Assembly (NCBI GenBank): GCA_964612295.1 | Contig: CAZTDY010000005.1 | Coordinates: forward strand, 1-64,000 | DNA: 64,000 bases | Direction of reading: 5' to 3' | Source of the DNA: an uncultured bacterium | GTDB taxonomy: Bacteria; Eisenbacteria; RBG-16-71-46; CAIMUX01; WJJG01 | In this document: positions 36,539 to 44,322 of the stretch, one piece after another | How positions within the stretch are numbered: position 1 is the stretch's first letter | How the letters are laid out: each line of letters opens with the position of its first letter | Notes under the pieces: generated by a model | The model's input: the letters and a program-made list of their open reading frames with translations, nothing else | What the model was told of the DNA's origin: nothing | Database searches by the model: none | Made by a program: the position numbers and the translations under genes

Positions 36539-39280
36539 CTAACGCAGGTAGAGCAGTCTCACCGTCGGCGGCGAGTGGGAGAGCCCACCCGGCGCAGTAT
36601 TCGAACGCGCGTCTGATATGCGGGCACGGCCCACATAGAGCCCCGGCGGGGCAAACTGCCCGGTCTCGAGACGCCCGTCCCACACCCAGCGGTCGGAGGC
36701 TCGTGACATCTGGACGCGGCGGCACAGGCGTCCGCCGACATCGAAGATCTCGAAGATATCCGCGAGCGTTCCCGCATCCAGGTGGAGCGAGACGCGGTGG
36801 GTGAACGGGTTCGGCCAGGCGTGCAGCGAAGGCGCCGCGGTCCAGATTCCATCGAGCGCGGGGCCGTCGATGCCTTGATCGACGTCATTGAAGGTGCCCG
36901 GTGTCGGATCCGGGTCGAATGCCCAGCGATAGTCGCCGTCGGAGATTCGCGCCCTGGACACGTCGGTCGTCTGGGCACCGAAGAAGACGAGATCGACCAG
37001 GTCGATATCGTCGGGATCTACCGGGTCCCCGGCGTCCGGTTCCTTCTTGTGGAGTGCGATGCGCTCTCCCTCTTTCTTCAGCTTGAAGTTGGTGTGCAAC
37101 GGACCCTGCGTCTGGTCGTTGTCGACCCAGACGATCACATGGCTCAGGCCGGCGATGGTCGTGTCCGGGAACTGCCACTGGATCGAATCGTCCAGCTCGT
37201 CGGTCAGGAAGTAGTCGTTCAGATTGACCGGCGTCGGCCGCGGATTGTAGATCTCCAGCCAATCGTCGAACTGACCGACCTCGTCGCTGAGGGTCGTCTC
37301 GTTGTCCGCCATGAACTCGTTGATGTACAGGTCCTGAGGCGTGACGAGGGCCTCCAGATTCGCCAGCATGAAAGCGTATCGTTCGGTGGCGAACTCGTCG
37401 ATCTCCGCGTCCCCCTCGGTGAAGCGTTCGTTGTCTTCCCAGAACCACTTGCGCACATCCATGATACCGTTGGCCTCGACCACCGCGTGGGCCGTGTCGA
37501 TCTCCGCGTAGATGTCCTCGAGCGGCGCGAGTTCGGTCAGATGCTCGTGAATGATCGACGCGTAGGTGTTCTTCAAGACCGGCTCATTCATGACGCGGTA
37601 GGCGAGCATGTTCCCCGTCGGGCTGGCGCCCTGCGTGAGGGACTGGGTCCAGTAGGTGTTCGGCAGGAACACCGCTCGGATGCCCCAGGACAGGTCCTTG
37701 TCCCAGGGAATCATCTGCCAGAAGTCCGTATCCAGGTCATGACAGAGGTAGAAGTTCTTCACGATCGCATCGCCGTCGTTGACCGTGTTGAGCACGGCGT
37801 AGTAACGCAGGTACTCCTCGATGTCCAAGAAGTCGACGAACGTCTCGTAGAACTCCTCATCGGCGACGTAGTTCAAGGTCTCGATGAAGAGGATCAGATC
37901 CGCCCAGGGCGTCTCCTCGTTGGTTTCCTTGTCGTAGTTCTCATGGTAGTCGAGACTGTCGGGATAGGCCTGGAGACGGTCGAAGCACTTGTAAATGGAA
38001 GCCCCGTTGTCGAGATCGCGCGCCTGCAGGAAACGCGCGTCGACCTGCTCGACGTCACAGTAGACCCCCATGTGCTCCCCGTTCAGCACGATGACCCGCT
38101 CCTGCGCGGTCGGGGCGGGCACGCCGCAGGTGCGGAACAGATCCATCGACAGGGGGGATCGCATGAGGCACGGGTCGCACATCTCGCTATTGCAGTTGAA
38201 CTTGGTGCGGTTCTCGTGGTCGGCGTCGGTCAACTTGATCTTGTAGGACTTCTTGCTCAGCGGCCGGACGACATTCCCGCGGTAGCGGAGGCCGGCATCA
38301 TACAGAGAGTCACCCATCTGCACGGTGCAGCTGTAGTAGATATCCGCGTTGATGTCTTCGTTGAGCATCGCCAGACTGTCCGGATCGATCTCGATGAAAT
38401 AGACCGGGAGCGGCGAATCCTCGTGCAACATCGCCGCGGCGGTGAAGGGTCCGGTCGGATCCGATTCGTTTCCGAAGGCATCGACCGCCGTGATCTGATA
38501 GCCGTACTCGATCAGGGGAACGAGGGTGTTGTCCACGAATCGGCTGACGAGATTGAGTTCGCCGATCTGCTCGACGAACTGCCCGCCCTGCTCCACGCGC
38601 CGGTAGACACGGTAGCCGGCGACATCCTCTTCCTCGTTGTCTTCCCAGTTGAGAATGATCTGCTCGTATCCGCCCAGGATCTCGGTCAGCACCGGAGGGG
38701 CGGGGGCGATCGCGTCCGGCTCGTGATCGAGCACGCTGATCCCGCAGATCTGCGTATGGGGGTGGGGGACGTCATCGAGGTACAGCTGGCCGTCGTTGAC
38801 CGTCACCGCGAACCGGTAGTCCAGCGCGTAGTCCTTCTCGACGTGCGCGTAGACGTCCAGGTCCTCCAGGAGCAGGTTTCCCTCGCTCCACCAATCCATC
38901 GTGTAGTTGTCTGCCCTGTGGCTCCAGGCCTCGCAGAAATTGAGGGTGAGGAGGTAGTCTCCGTTGGGAACGTCGATCCGGTAGTTGCCGGTGGCCGAGT
39001 GGAAGGACTTGTAGAGCCGGGGATCGATGCACCCACCGACCGTCCGCCAGTTGATGTAGTCGCCCGCGAGAAGCCAGCCGTATCCCTGTTCGACCGAGTA
39101 GGGACCGTCGCCGACGTATTCGGTGCCGTCGGTCAGCGTCAGGGGCGAGCCGCCGGAATTGATGTGCAGCTCGAAATCGGCCCAGGCCGGAAACGCCGGC
39201 AGCAGGCAGGCAAGACCGATGACGAAAAGAACCCAACTGCCGGGACGATCAGTGGCGCAAAGATGCGGAACCAGCCTCAT
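36539..39280 (-). CDS. Giant secreted protein with malectin-like carbohydrate-binding, fibronectin-III, CotH, lamin-tail and T9SS sorting domains.
   Basis: 'FELHINSGGSPLTLTDGTEYVGD...YGW' (malectin-like), 'VAGYRVYRR' (FN3), CotH core 'YKIKL...', LTD 'LYINEFMADN...DDWLEIYNP'. C-terminal tail 'GLYVGRARISD'. Signal peptide 'VLFVIGLACLLPAFPAWA'. Confidence 0.8.
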   Translation of the reverse strand: MRLVPHLCATDRPGSWVLFVIGLACLLPAFPAWADFELHINSGGSPLTLTDGTEYVGDGPYSVEQGYGWLLAGDYINWRTVGGCIDPRLYKSFHSATGNYRIDVPNGDYLLTLNFCEAWSHRADNYTMDWWSEGNLLLEDLDVYAHVEKDYALDYRFAVTVNDGQLYLDDVPHPHTQICGISVLDHEPDAIAPAPPVLTEILGGYEQIILNWEDNEEEDVAGYRVYRRVEQGGQFVEQIGELNLVSRFVDNTLVPLIEYGYQITAVDAFGNESDPTGPFTAAAMLHEDSPLPVYFIEIDPDSLAMLNEDINADIYYSCTVQMGDSLYDAGLRYRGNVVRPLSKKSYKIKLTDADHENRTKFNCNSEMCDPCLMRSPLSMDLFRTCGVPAPTAQERVIVLNGEHMGVYCDVEQVDARFLQARDLDNGASIYKCFDRLQAYPDSLDYHENYDKETNEETPWADLILFIETLNYVADEEFYETFVDFLDIEEYLRYYAVLNTVNDGDAIVKNFYLCHDLDTDFWQMIPWDKDLSWGIRAVFLPNTYWTQSLTQGASPTGNMLAYRVMNEPVLKNTYASIIHEHLTELAPLEDIYAEIDTAHAVVEANGIMDVRKWFWEDNERFTEGDAEIDEFATERYAFMLANLEALVTPQDLYINEFMADNETTLSDEVGQFDDWLEIYNPRPTPVNLNDYFLTDELDDSIQWQFPDTTIAGLSHVIVWVDNDQTQGPLHTNFKLKKEGERIALHKKEPDAGDPVDPDDIDLVDLVFFGAQTTDVSRARISDGDYRWAFDPDPTPGTFNDVDQGIDGPALDGIWTAAPSLHAWPNPFTHRVSLHLDAGTLADIFEIFDVGGRLCRRVQMSRASDRWVWDGRLETGQFAPPGLYVGRARISDARSNTAPGGLSHSPPTVRLLYLR

Positions 39281-39537
39281 GTTCTCACCTACGCGACGGT
39301 TGTTCTCCAGGATCTTGTCTAGTCCACATACATTATAGCACGTTGGGGGGGGTCTCACAATGTGCCCCCGGGCACGGAAGCTGTTGTACCGCAAGTGGAT
39401 ACAGGTGTCAGCAGTGTGGGAGGCGGGGGCGGAATAGGCCTAAGACGGCGAACACCGCCAGCAGGGTCGCCGGCGGCGCTCGCAAAAGTCAGTTCTGCGT
39501 GGGCGTGGTCCGGAAGCAGCCCTATCGCCCGGGGCGG

Positions 39538-40449
39538 CTATTTGTCTTCAGGGGTCTGCCGCTTGATTTGGTCGCCCGTACGAGGGGTGCCCCCAAGTAC
39601 CGACTGGTCCTGAGGTTGGCCGGTTCTGACCTCCCTGTCCCTCTCTTCCTTGGCCTTTGCACGCCTGTTCTTGGCCCGTGCCCGGCGCATGTCCGCGGTC
39701 GCCTCCTGCGCCGCCTCGGCCGCCGCTGCAACTACGGGGTCCTCAGGGATGTCCTTGGTGAGCGTGATGTTCTTCCCGCCGAAATCGACGATGCTGTTAT
39801 CCGGCGAGACGATCAGCCGCGTATTGGCCAGGTGCTGGCCTCGCGTGCCGGAGCGATTGAGAATCGTCTCGGCGATCAGGACGGGCGCCTCGTCTTTGCG
39901 CGTGACATGGCCTCCCAGAACCACATCGACCTCCGGCAGGGACGAGGTGTACTGCTCCATCGACTTGGTATCGACATGGGCGAGGAGAACGAGGATATCC
40001 ACCTGAGGCCGAACCTCCGGGATCAGCTGCTGTAGCGTGCCCATCGGCGGAAGGAGACGCAGCCGATTGCCGACCTTGTTCATCACGCTCGTGTTCATCT
40101 GGTTTTCGCTGATCGCGCTCAGGAATCCGACCGTGACGCCCCCGCGCTCCATGATCAAGTATTGCTGACCGATGGGCTGCCATATGCCGTCCTTCATCTG
40201 CTCGACGTTGGACACCACCAGCGGCAAGGGAGCAACCTGCTGCAGGCTGTCGATCATGTCGAAGAACTCGAACTCGAGCTCCCCGTAGGTCACGGCGTCG
40301 TATCTGAGCCGGGCCATCTCCATCCAGCTGGCGATGCTTTCCGGGTAGCTGTTCTTCCAGTTGCGGTGAACGAAGTCACCACCATCGGCCAGGAACATGA
40401 TTCCGCCCTGCTTCCGCAGAGTATCGACGAGGGCGGCCCGCCGGGCCAT
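39538..40449 (-). CDS. Calcineurin-like metallophosphoesterase / 5'-nucleotidase N-domain-like protein. It may be the C-terminal part of a UGA-recoded lipoprotein (see 40468..40629).
   Basis: 'GGIMFLADGGDF' (motif II), 'YDAVTYGELEF' (GNHE-like) and 'VVLGGH'. Aligns with the UshA region 'GLAAQKTLVDGIRKE..GGSVLLLSGGD'. Confidence 0.65.
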   Translation of the reverse strand: MARRAALVDTLRKQGGIMFLADGGDFVHRNWKNSYPESIASWMEMARLRYDAVTYGELEFEFFDMIDSLQQVAPLPLVVSNVEQMKDGIWQPIGQQYLIMERGGVTVGFLSAISENQMNTSVMNKVGNRLRLLPPMGTLQQLIPEVRPQVDILVLLAHVDTKSMEQYTSSLPEVDVVLGGHVTRKDEAPVLIAETILNRSGTRGQHLANTRLIVSPDNSIVDFGGKNITLTKDIPEDPVVAAAAEAAQEATADMRRARAKNRRAKAKEERDREVRTGQPQDQSVLGGTPRTGDQIKRQTPEDK

Positions 40450-40467
40450 CCCACCCTTCTTGCCGTG

Positions 40468-40629
40468 TCACCCACAGGGGACAATGTCGGCGTTGAAGCA
40501 GCTCTGCGATATGATTCGGACTTCCACATTCGTGGGTCGTTTGCCGCTGGGACCGCCCGTGAGGGCGCAGCCCTGGAGCAGGGCGAGGGTCGCGACACCA
40601 GCAACGAGGAAGCTCAAGCCTCTTTTCAT
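40468..40629 (-). CDS. Lipoprotein signal peptide plus roughly 30 aa, ending at an in-frame TGA directly upstream of, and in frame with, the 39538..40449 ORF.
   Basis: 'MKRGLSFLVAGVATLALLQGC...VEVRIISQSCFNADIVPCG-TGA-HGKKGGMARRA'. SD GGAGA. Confidence 0.45.
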   Translation of the reverse strand: MKRGLSFLVAGVATLALLQGCALTGGPSGKRPTNVEVRIISQSCFNADIVPCG

Positions 40630-40777
40630 GGGTCTGTCTCCGCAGTTACTTGGTACTCACACGTCCTAGGATAAGGAGTCTGCCGAGGCCCGCCGTCCAC
40701 ACCGGCCACCCGAGGCAGATCGCAGGAGTATACCCCAGAGCGGGGCAAACATTCCAGCGGGCTGCACCCCGACCCCT

Positions 40778-41638
40778 CTACTTCTTCTCCGCCCGATCCG
40801 GCTTGTAGAGTCTGTCCGGAATCGGGAGTTGGCCCTCGTCCGCCGCAGCGGCCTTTCGGGCATTTCGTTTTCTGTCCTTGGCCTCCTTGCTGCTGGCCTG
40901 CGCCTGGAGGGCGGCCTGGGCGATGACCGGGTCCTCGGGCATATCGACGGTGAGCGTGATGTTCTTCCCGCCGAATTCGCAGATCTCGTCGTCGGGCGAG
41001 ATGATCAGCCGCGTGCTGGAGATCGCGCGTCCCCGCGTTCCCGCCCGATTGAGGATCGCACTGTCCATCTGCGCCGGGCCCAGGTCCGTGATCGGCATGT
41101 GTCCGCCGACGACGACATCCACGTCCTCCATGCTGTCGGCGTACTCCATCATGGTTCCGGGGTCCAGATAGGCCAGCAAGACCACCACCTCGCATTGGTC
41201 CCGGAGTTTTCGGGAAACGAGGCGGGTTGTCTCGTGAGGATCGAGAATCCTCACCTTGTTCTCGTTCCTGCGACGGACCGTGTTGGAGATCACGATGTCA
41301 TTGACGACGCTCATGACGCCCACCCGAATTCCGTTGCGCTCTACAATTCGATAGGGCTCCCCGAGCGGAACCCATTGGCCATCGACTGACTGCTCCAGGT
41401 TCGTGCAGACCAAGGGAAGGTCCACATTCGACCGCAAGCTATCGAGCTCATCCCACTGGTTGAGCTCCTGGAATCCGAAGGTAACGGCGTCATAACCAAG
41501 CCGCGCCATCTCGGTCCAGGTGGCTTTCGTCTCCGCCAGGTTGCGTTTGTTCTTGTGCGAGAAGCTGCCCGCATCAACTAAGACGAACGGCACCTCCGCC
41601 TTCCTGAGGTCGTCGACAAAGCTGGCCCGCCGGGCCAA
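40778..41638 (-). CDS. Paralogous metallophosphoesterase / 5'-nucleotidase-like protein; tandem duplicate of 39538..40449.
   Basis: 'PFVLVDAGSFSH', 'YDAVTFGFQELNQW' and 'VVVGGHM'. Collinear with the upstream paralog. Confidence 0.65.
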   Translation of the reverse strand: MARRASFVDDLRKAEVPFVLVDAGSFSHKNKRNLAETKATWTEMARLGYDAVTFGFQELNQWDELDSLRSNVDLPLVCTNLEQSVDGQWVPLGEPYRIVERNGIRVGVMSVVNDIVISNTVRRRNENKVRILDPHETTRLVSRKLRDQCEVVVLLAYLDPGTMMEYADSMEDVDVVVGGHMPITDLGPAQMDSAILNRAGTRGRAISSTRLIISPDDEICEFGGKNITLTVDMPEDPVIAQAALQAQASSKEAKDRKRNARKAAAADEGQLPIPDRLYKPDRAEKK

Positions 41639-41656
41639 CCCACCCTCTTTGTCATG

Positions 41657-41808
41657 TCACCCGCAGGGGACGACTTCGCCGTGGAAGCAGCTTTGCGCGA
41701 GGATCCGCACCTCGACATTGGTGGGCCGCTTGGCGGATCTCCACCCGCCGCAGCCCTGGAGCAGCGCAAATGTCGCCAGCAGGGACACCATCCATAGGAA
41801 GCGGTGCA
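41657..41808 (-). CDS. Lipoprotein signal peptide segment ending at an in-frame TGA, at the same conserved position as in the paralog.
   Basis: 'MHRFLWMVSLLATFALLQGC...VEVRILAQSCFHGEVVPCG-TGA-HDKEGGLARRA'. SD GAGGAGAG. Confidence 0.45.
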
Positions 41809-42016
41809 TAACTCTCCTCAAGGGCTCGATGGAATCGAGCAGGGACCATGGCCGGAGTTGTCTACATTCTAGTAATACTATTCGGCCAGGCCGGTTCCCG
41901 TCCCCGGCATTTCTCCCCGGATCGCCATCGGAGGATCCAGGGCGAAATCCGTCTAAGGTGCTTGATAGTAATCACTTGTGGTGATAGCCGGCCGGGCGCC
42001 TATTTGCCGCCCTCGC

Positions 42017-43084
42017 CTAGCGGATGAGACGCAACAGGACGCTCTCGGACCTCCCGGCGGTGTCCAGACGGACGAGATACACGCCTGTGGGTAGGAGATG
42101 CCCCGTCCCGTCGCGCCCGTCCCAGGTGATCAGGTGCGCGCCGGGGGGGCGGTACCCCTGATCGAGCTCCAGCAAGCGGCGTCCTGAAAGGTCGAACAGC
42201 CCTGCGCGAACCCTGCCAGCCACCGGCACCTGGTAGCGGATGGTCGCGGTCCCGAGAACCGGATTCGGCGAGACCGGGCCCACCACCAGAGTCGGTCGGT
42301 TCGAGTCGACGGGATGCGCGTCCGTGCCCGCCATCGGATCGGGGATCCAGGTCGCTCCCCCGGTCGAGTGATAGGCAGGATAGGGATTCGTGAACGCGAT
42401 CCACTCGCCTCCCACCCCCTGAGCGAGGTCATAGGCGAAGCAGGGAATGCCATCATCTCCTCGCGTGGCGGTCAGGTACGCCGTGTTGTTGCCCACGGCC
42501 ATTCCGCGCCCCTGTCCATTGCTGGCCGGGATCGTATCGACGAGTTTGATCATCTCGTCGCTGCTCAGGTCGATCGAGTAGAGGCCGGAGTCGCCATACT
42601 CCGTGTACCCGTAGAGGAGGCCGTCGGCGGCGTTGTAGTCGAGCGCGAAGAAACGGAATCCTTCTGTGGTGTAGACATCCAGCGCGAGCACCGCGTTGCC
42701 CGTGGCCGGATCGATCTCGTAGATCCCTTTCGGGGTGGCGTAGTTCGAAAAGCCCCAGAGCGTATTGTCTCCGTAGGCCAGGGCATGGACATCGACACTG
42801 ATGGTCGACAGGTACTGCGGATATGTTTCGGGCGTTGCGGTGAAGAGCTCGGTCGTGAATGCGCCATTACAGAGGTAGAGAAGGCCATCGGGCGTGGCGG
42901 CCGCACCGCTCACATCGAAGGCGTAGTGGTTGTCATACGAGACGTTCGGGAAGCCCGCCAAGTCCGTGGAACGGGTGATCGGTTCGGACCCTTCCAGGCC
43001 CACGAAGAGCTGCTGCGCCTGCCCCGGTGCGCCATGCAGAAGGAGAATCGACAGCAGTACCCAGCCCACAGTTGCTACTCGCAT
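42017..43084 (-). CDS. Secreted hypothetical protein with a T9SS C-terminal sorting domain.
   Basis: Signal peptide 'VGWVLLSILLLHGAPGQAQ'. C-terminal tail 'GVYLVRLDTAGRSESVLLRLIR'. Its start overlaps the upstream stop (TGATG). Confidence 0.7.
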   Translation of the reverse strand: MRVATVGWVLLSILLLHGAPGQAQQLFVGLEGSEPITRSTDLAGFPNVSYDNHYAFDVSGAAATPDGLLYLCNGAFTTELFTATPETYPQYLSTISVDVHALAYGDNTLWGFSNYATPKGIYEIDPATGNAVLALDVYTTEGFRFFALDYNAADGLLYGYTEYGDSGLYSIDLSSDEMIKLVDTIPASNGQGRGMAVGNNTAYLTATRGDDGIPCFAYDLAQGVGGEWIAFTNPYPAYHSTGGATWIPDPMAGTDAHPVDSNRPTLVVGPVSPNPVLGTATIRYQVPVAGRVRAGLFDLSGRRLLELDQGYRPPGAHLITWDGRDGTGHLLPTGVYLVRLDTAGRSESVLLRLIR

Positions 43085-44169
43085 CACACGTCCTCCAGTT
43101 CATAGGTGCGTTGTCCCAAGCCGATCGTTTCCCCGTGGCGAAGTTGCACTTCCCAGTCTATCTCAGGCCAGGCCTCCTTGAATACGTCCGTCTCCGCCGC
43201 CTGGTTGACCAGGTCGACGCACGCCTGGTCGAGCGCCACCGGATCGTGGGAGAAGGCGATGCCGATGTCCGGCACCAGCTGCCCCCGGTTGGCCCCCATG
43301 CAGTCGCAGTGTTTCGTCACCCGGTTGATGAGATTGATGAAGCCCGCGCGCCGGCCGGTGGCCTTCAAGACGGCCAGGGCGTACTCGGCGGTGGCCTCCA
43401 TGACCTGGGTGGATTCCCGGGACCAGTCGATCCCGATCGCGCCGGTGGGGCAGACCGCGATGCACTCGGCGCACCCGATGCAGGTCTGGCCATCGATCTG
43501 AGCCGGGGCATCGGTCAGGGTGATCGCTTCCACGGGGCACACCGAGCCGCACAGGTAGCATCGGACGCACTTCTGCTCACCGACGATCGGACTGACCGCC
43601 GAGTGTTGGTCCAGCTTTCCAGCCCGCGACGCCAGGCCCATGCCCAGATTCTTGATGGCGCCCCCGTATCCCTCGACCATGTGGCCGGTGAGATGGGCCA
43701 CCCCGATGAGATAATCGAGATCGCGTACGACGGGAGCGAGATGCGCGGTCGTCACCCGTTTGCAGTCGATCTCGACCGCGAACGAATCCCGTCCGGAGAT
43801 GCCGTCGCTCAGAATGATGGGAGCCTCGACCGTCTCGTGGGTGAATCCATGCTCGCGGGCGACCTCCAGGTGTTCGACCGCGTTCATCCGCCGGCCGCGA
43901 TAGAGCGTGTTCGTCTCGGTGACGAAGGGATGATGCCCGTGATTGCGGTGGAGCCTGACGAGGCGCCGGATCAGGTGGGCGGGAGGGTGACCTTCATTGC
44001 CGGCCTCCCCGAAGGTGAGCTTGATCGCGACCAGCGCCTTCGCCGGCAGGTCCCCCCAGGAGGCGCCCTCGAGCAAGGCGGCAAAGCGCTTTTCGACGTG
44101 GGCCGGATCACTCCAATCATCGATTCGGGCCAGGAGCACCGTAGGGTCCATCTGTTGCACTTCCTCCAT
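43084..44169 (-). CDS. DUF362-domain protein with a 2x[4Fe-4S] ferredoxin insert.
   Basis: 'CVRCYLCGSVCPVEAI' and 'CIGCAECIAVCPTGAI'. An alternative start at 44151 has a better SD. Confidence 0.7.
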   Translation of the reverse strand: MEEVQQMDPTVLLARIDDWSDPAHVEKRFAALLEGASWGDLPAKALVAIKLTFGEAGNEGHPPAHLIRRLVRLHRNHGHHPFVTETNTLYRGRRMNAVEHLEVAREHGFTHETVEAPIILSDGISGRDSFAVEIDCKRVTTAHLAPVVRDLDYLIGVAHLTGHMVEGYGGAIKNLGMGLASRAGKLDQHSAVSPIVGEQKCVRCYLCGSVCPVEAITLTDAPAQIDGQTCIGCAECIAVCPTGAIGIDWSRESTQVMEATAEYALAVLKATGRRAGFINLINRVTKHCDCMGANRGQLVPDIGIAFSHDPVALDQACVDLVNQAAETDVFKEAWPEIDWEVQLRHGETIGLGQRTYELEDV

Positions 44170-44322
44170 TTGGTTCGTGCGCGTGAATCTACAGTAGGCC
44201 AGCGCCCGCCCGACCCGCAACCGTCGAAACGAAAGACCGTTCGCAGCTTGACCCGCGGACCTTTGGAGTGTCAGGCTTGTTGGAACTGGCGGGGGGCCCT
44301 GGAACACACGAGGTGGGCTGTC

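Noticed and set aside
36782-39322. Long plus-strand ORF (846 aa) antisense to the malectin-CotH gene.
   Set aside because: Same reasoning: antisense artefact, no recognisable domains, repetitive V/R/G-rich composition.
39538-41808. Alternative genetic code (UGA = Gly/Trp) as the explanation for the in-frame TGAs.
   Set aside because: TGA clearly terminates other well-defined genes here (for example the ClpB-like gene at 3467-3469 and the DUF362 gene). The GC content is also far from known UGA-recoding lineages. Selenocysteine or an operon split are the remaining options.
43027-44322. N-terminal 430 aa of the supplied 1128-aa plus-strand ORF.
   Set aside because: This part overlaps the convergent DUF362 / ferredoxin gene and lacks codon bias. 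The real gene begins near 44323, where a signal-like segment and the GATase-like Cys occur.
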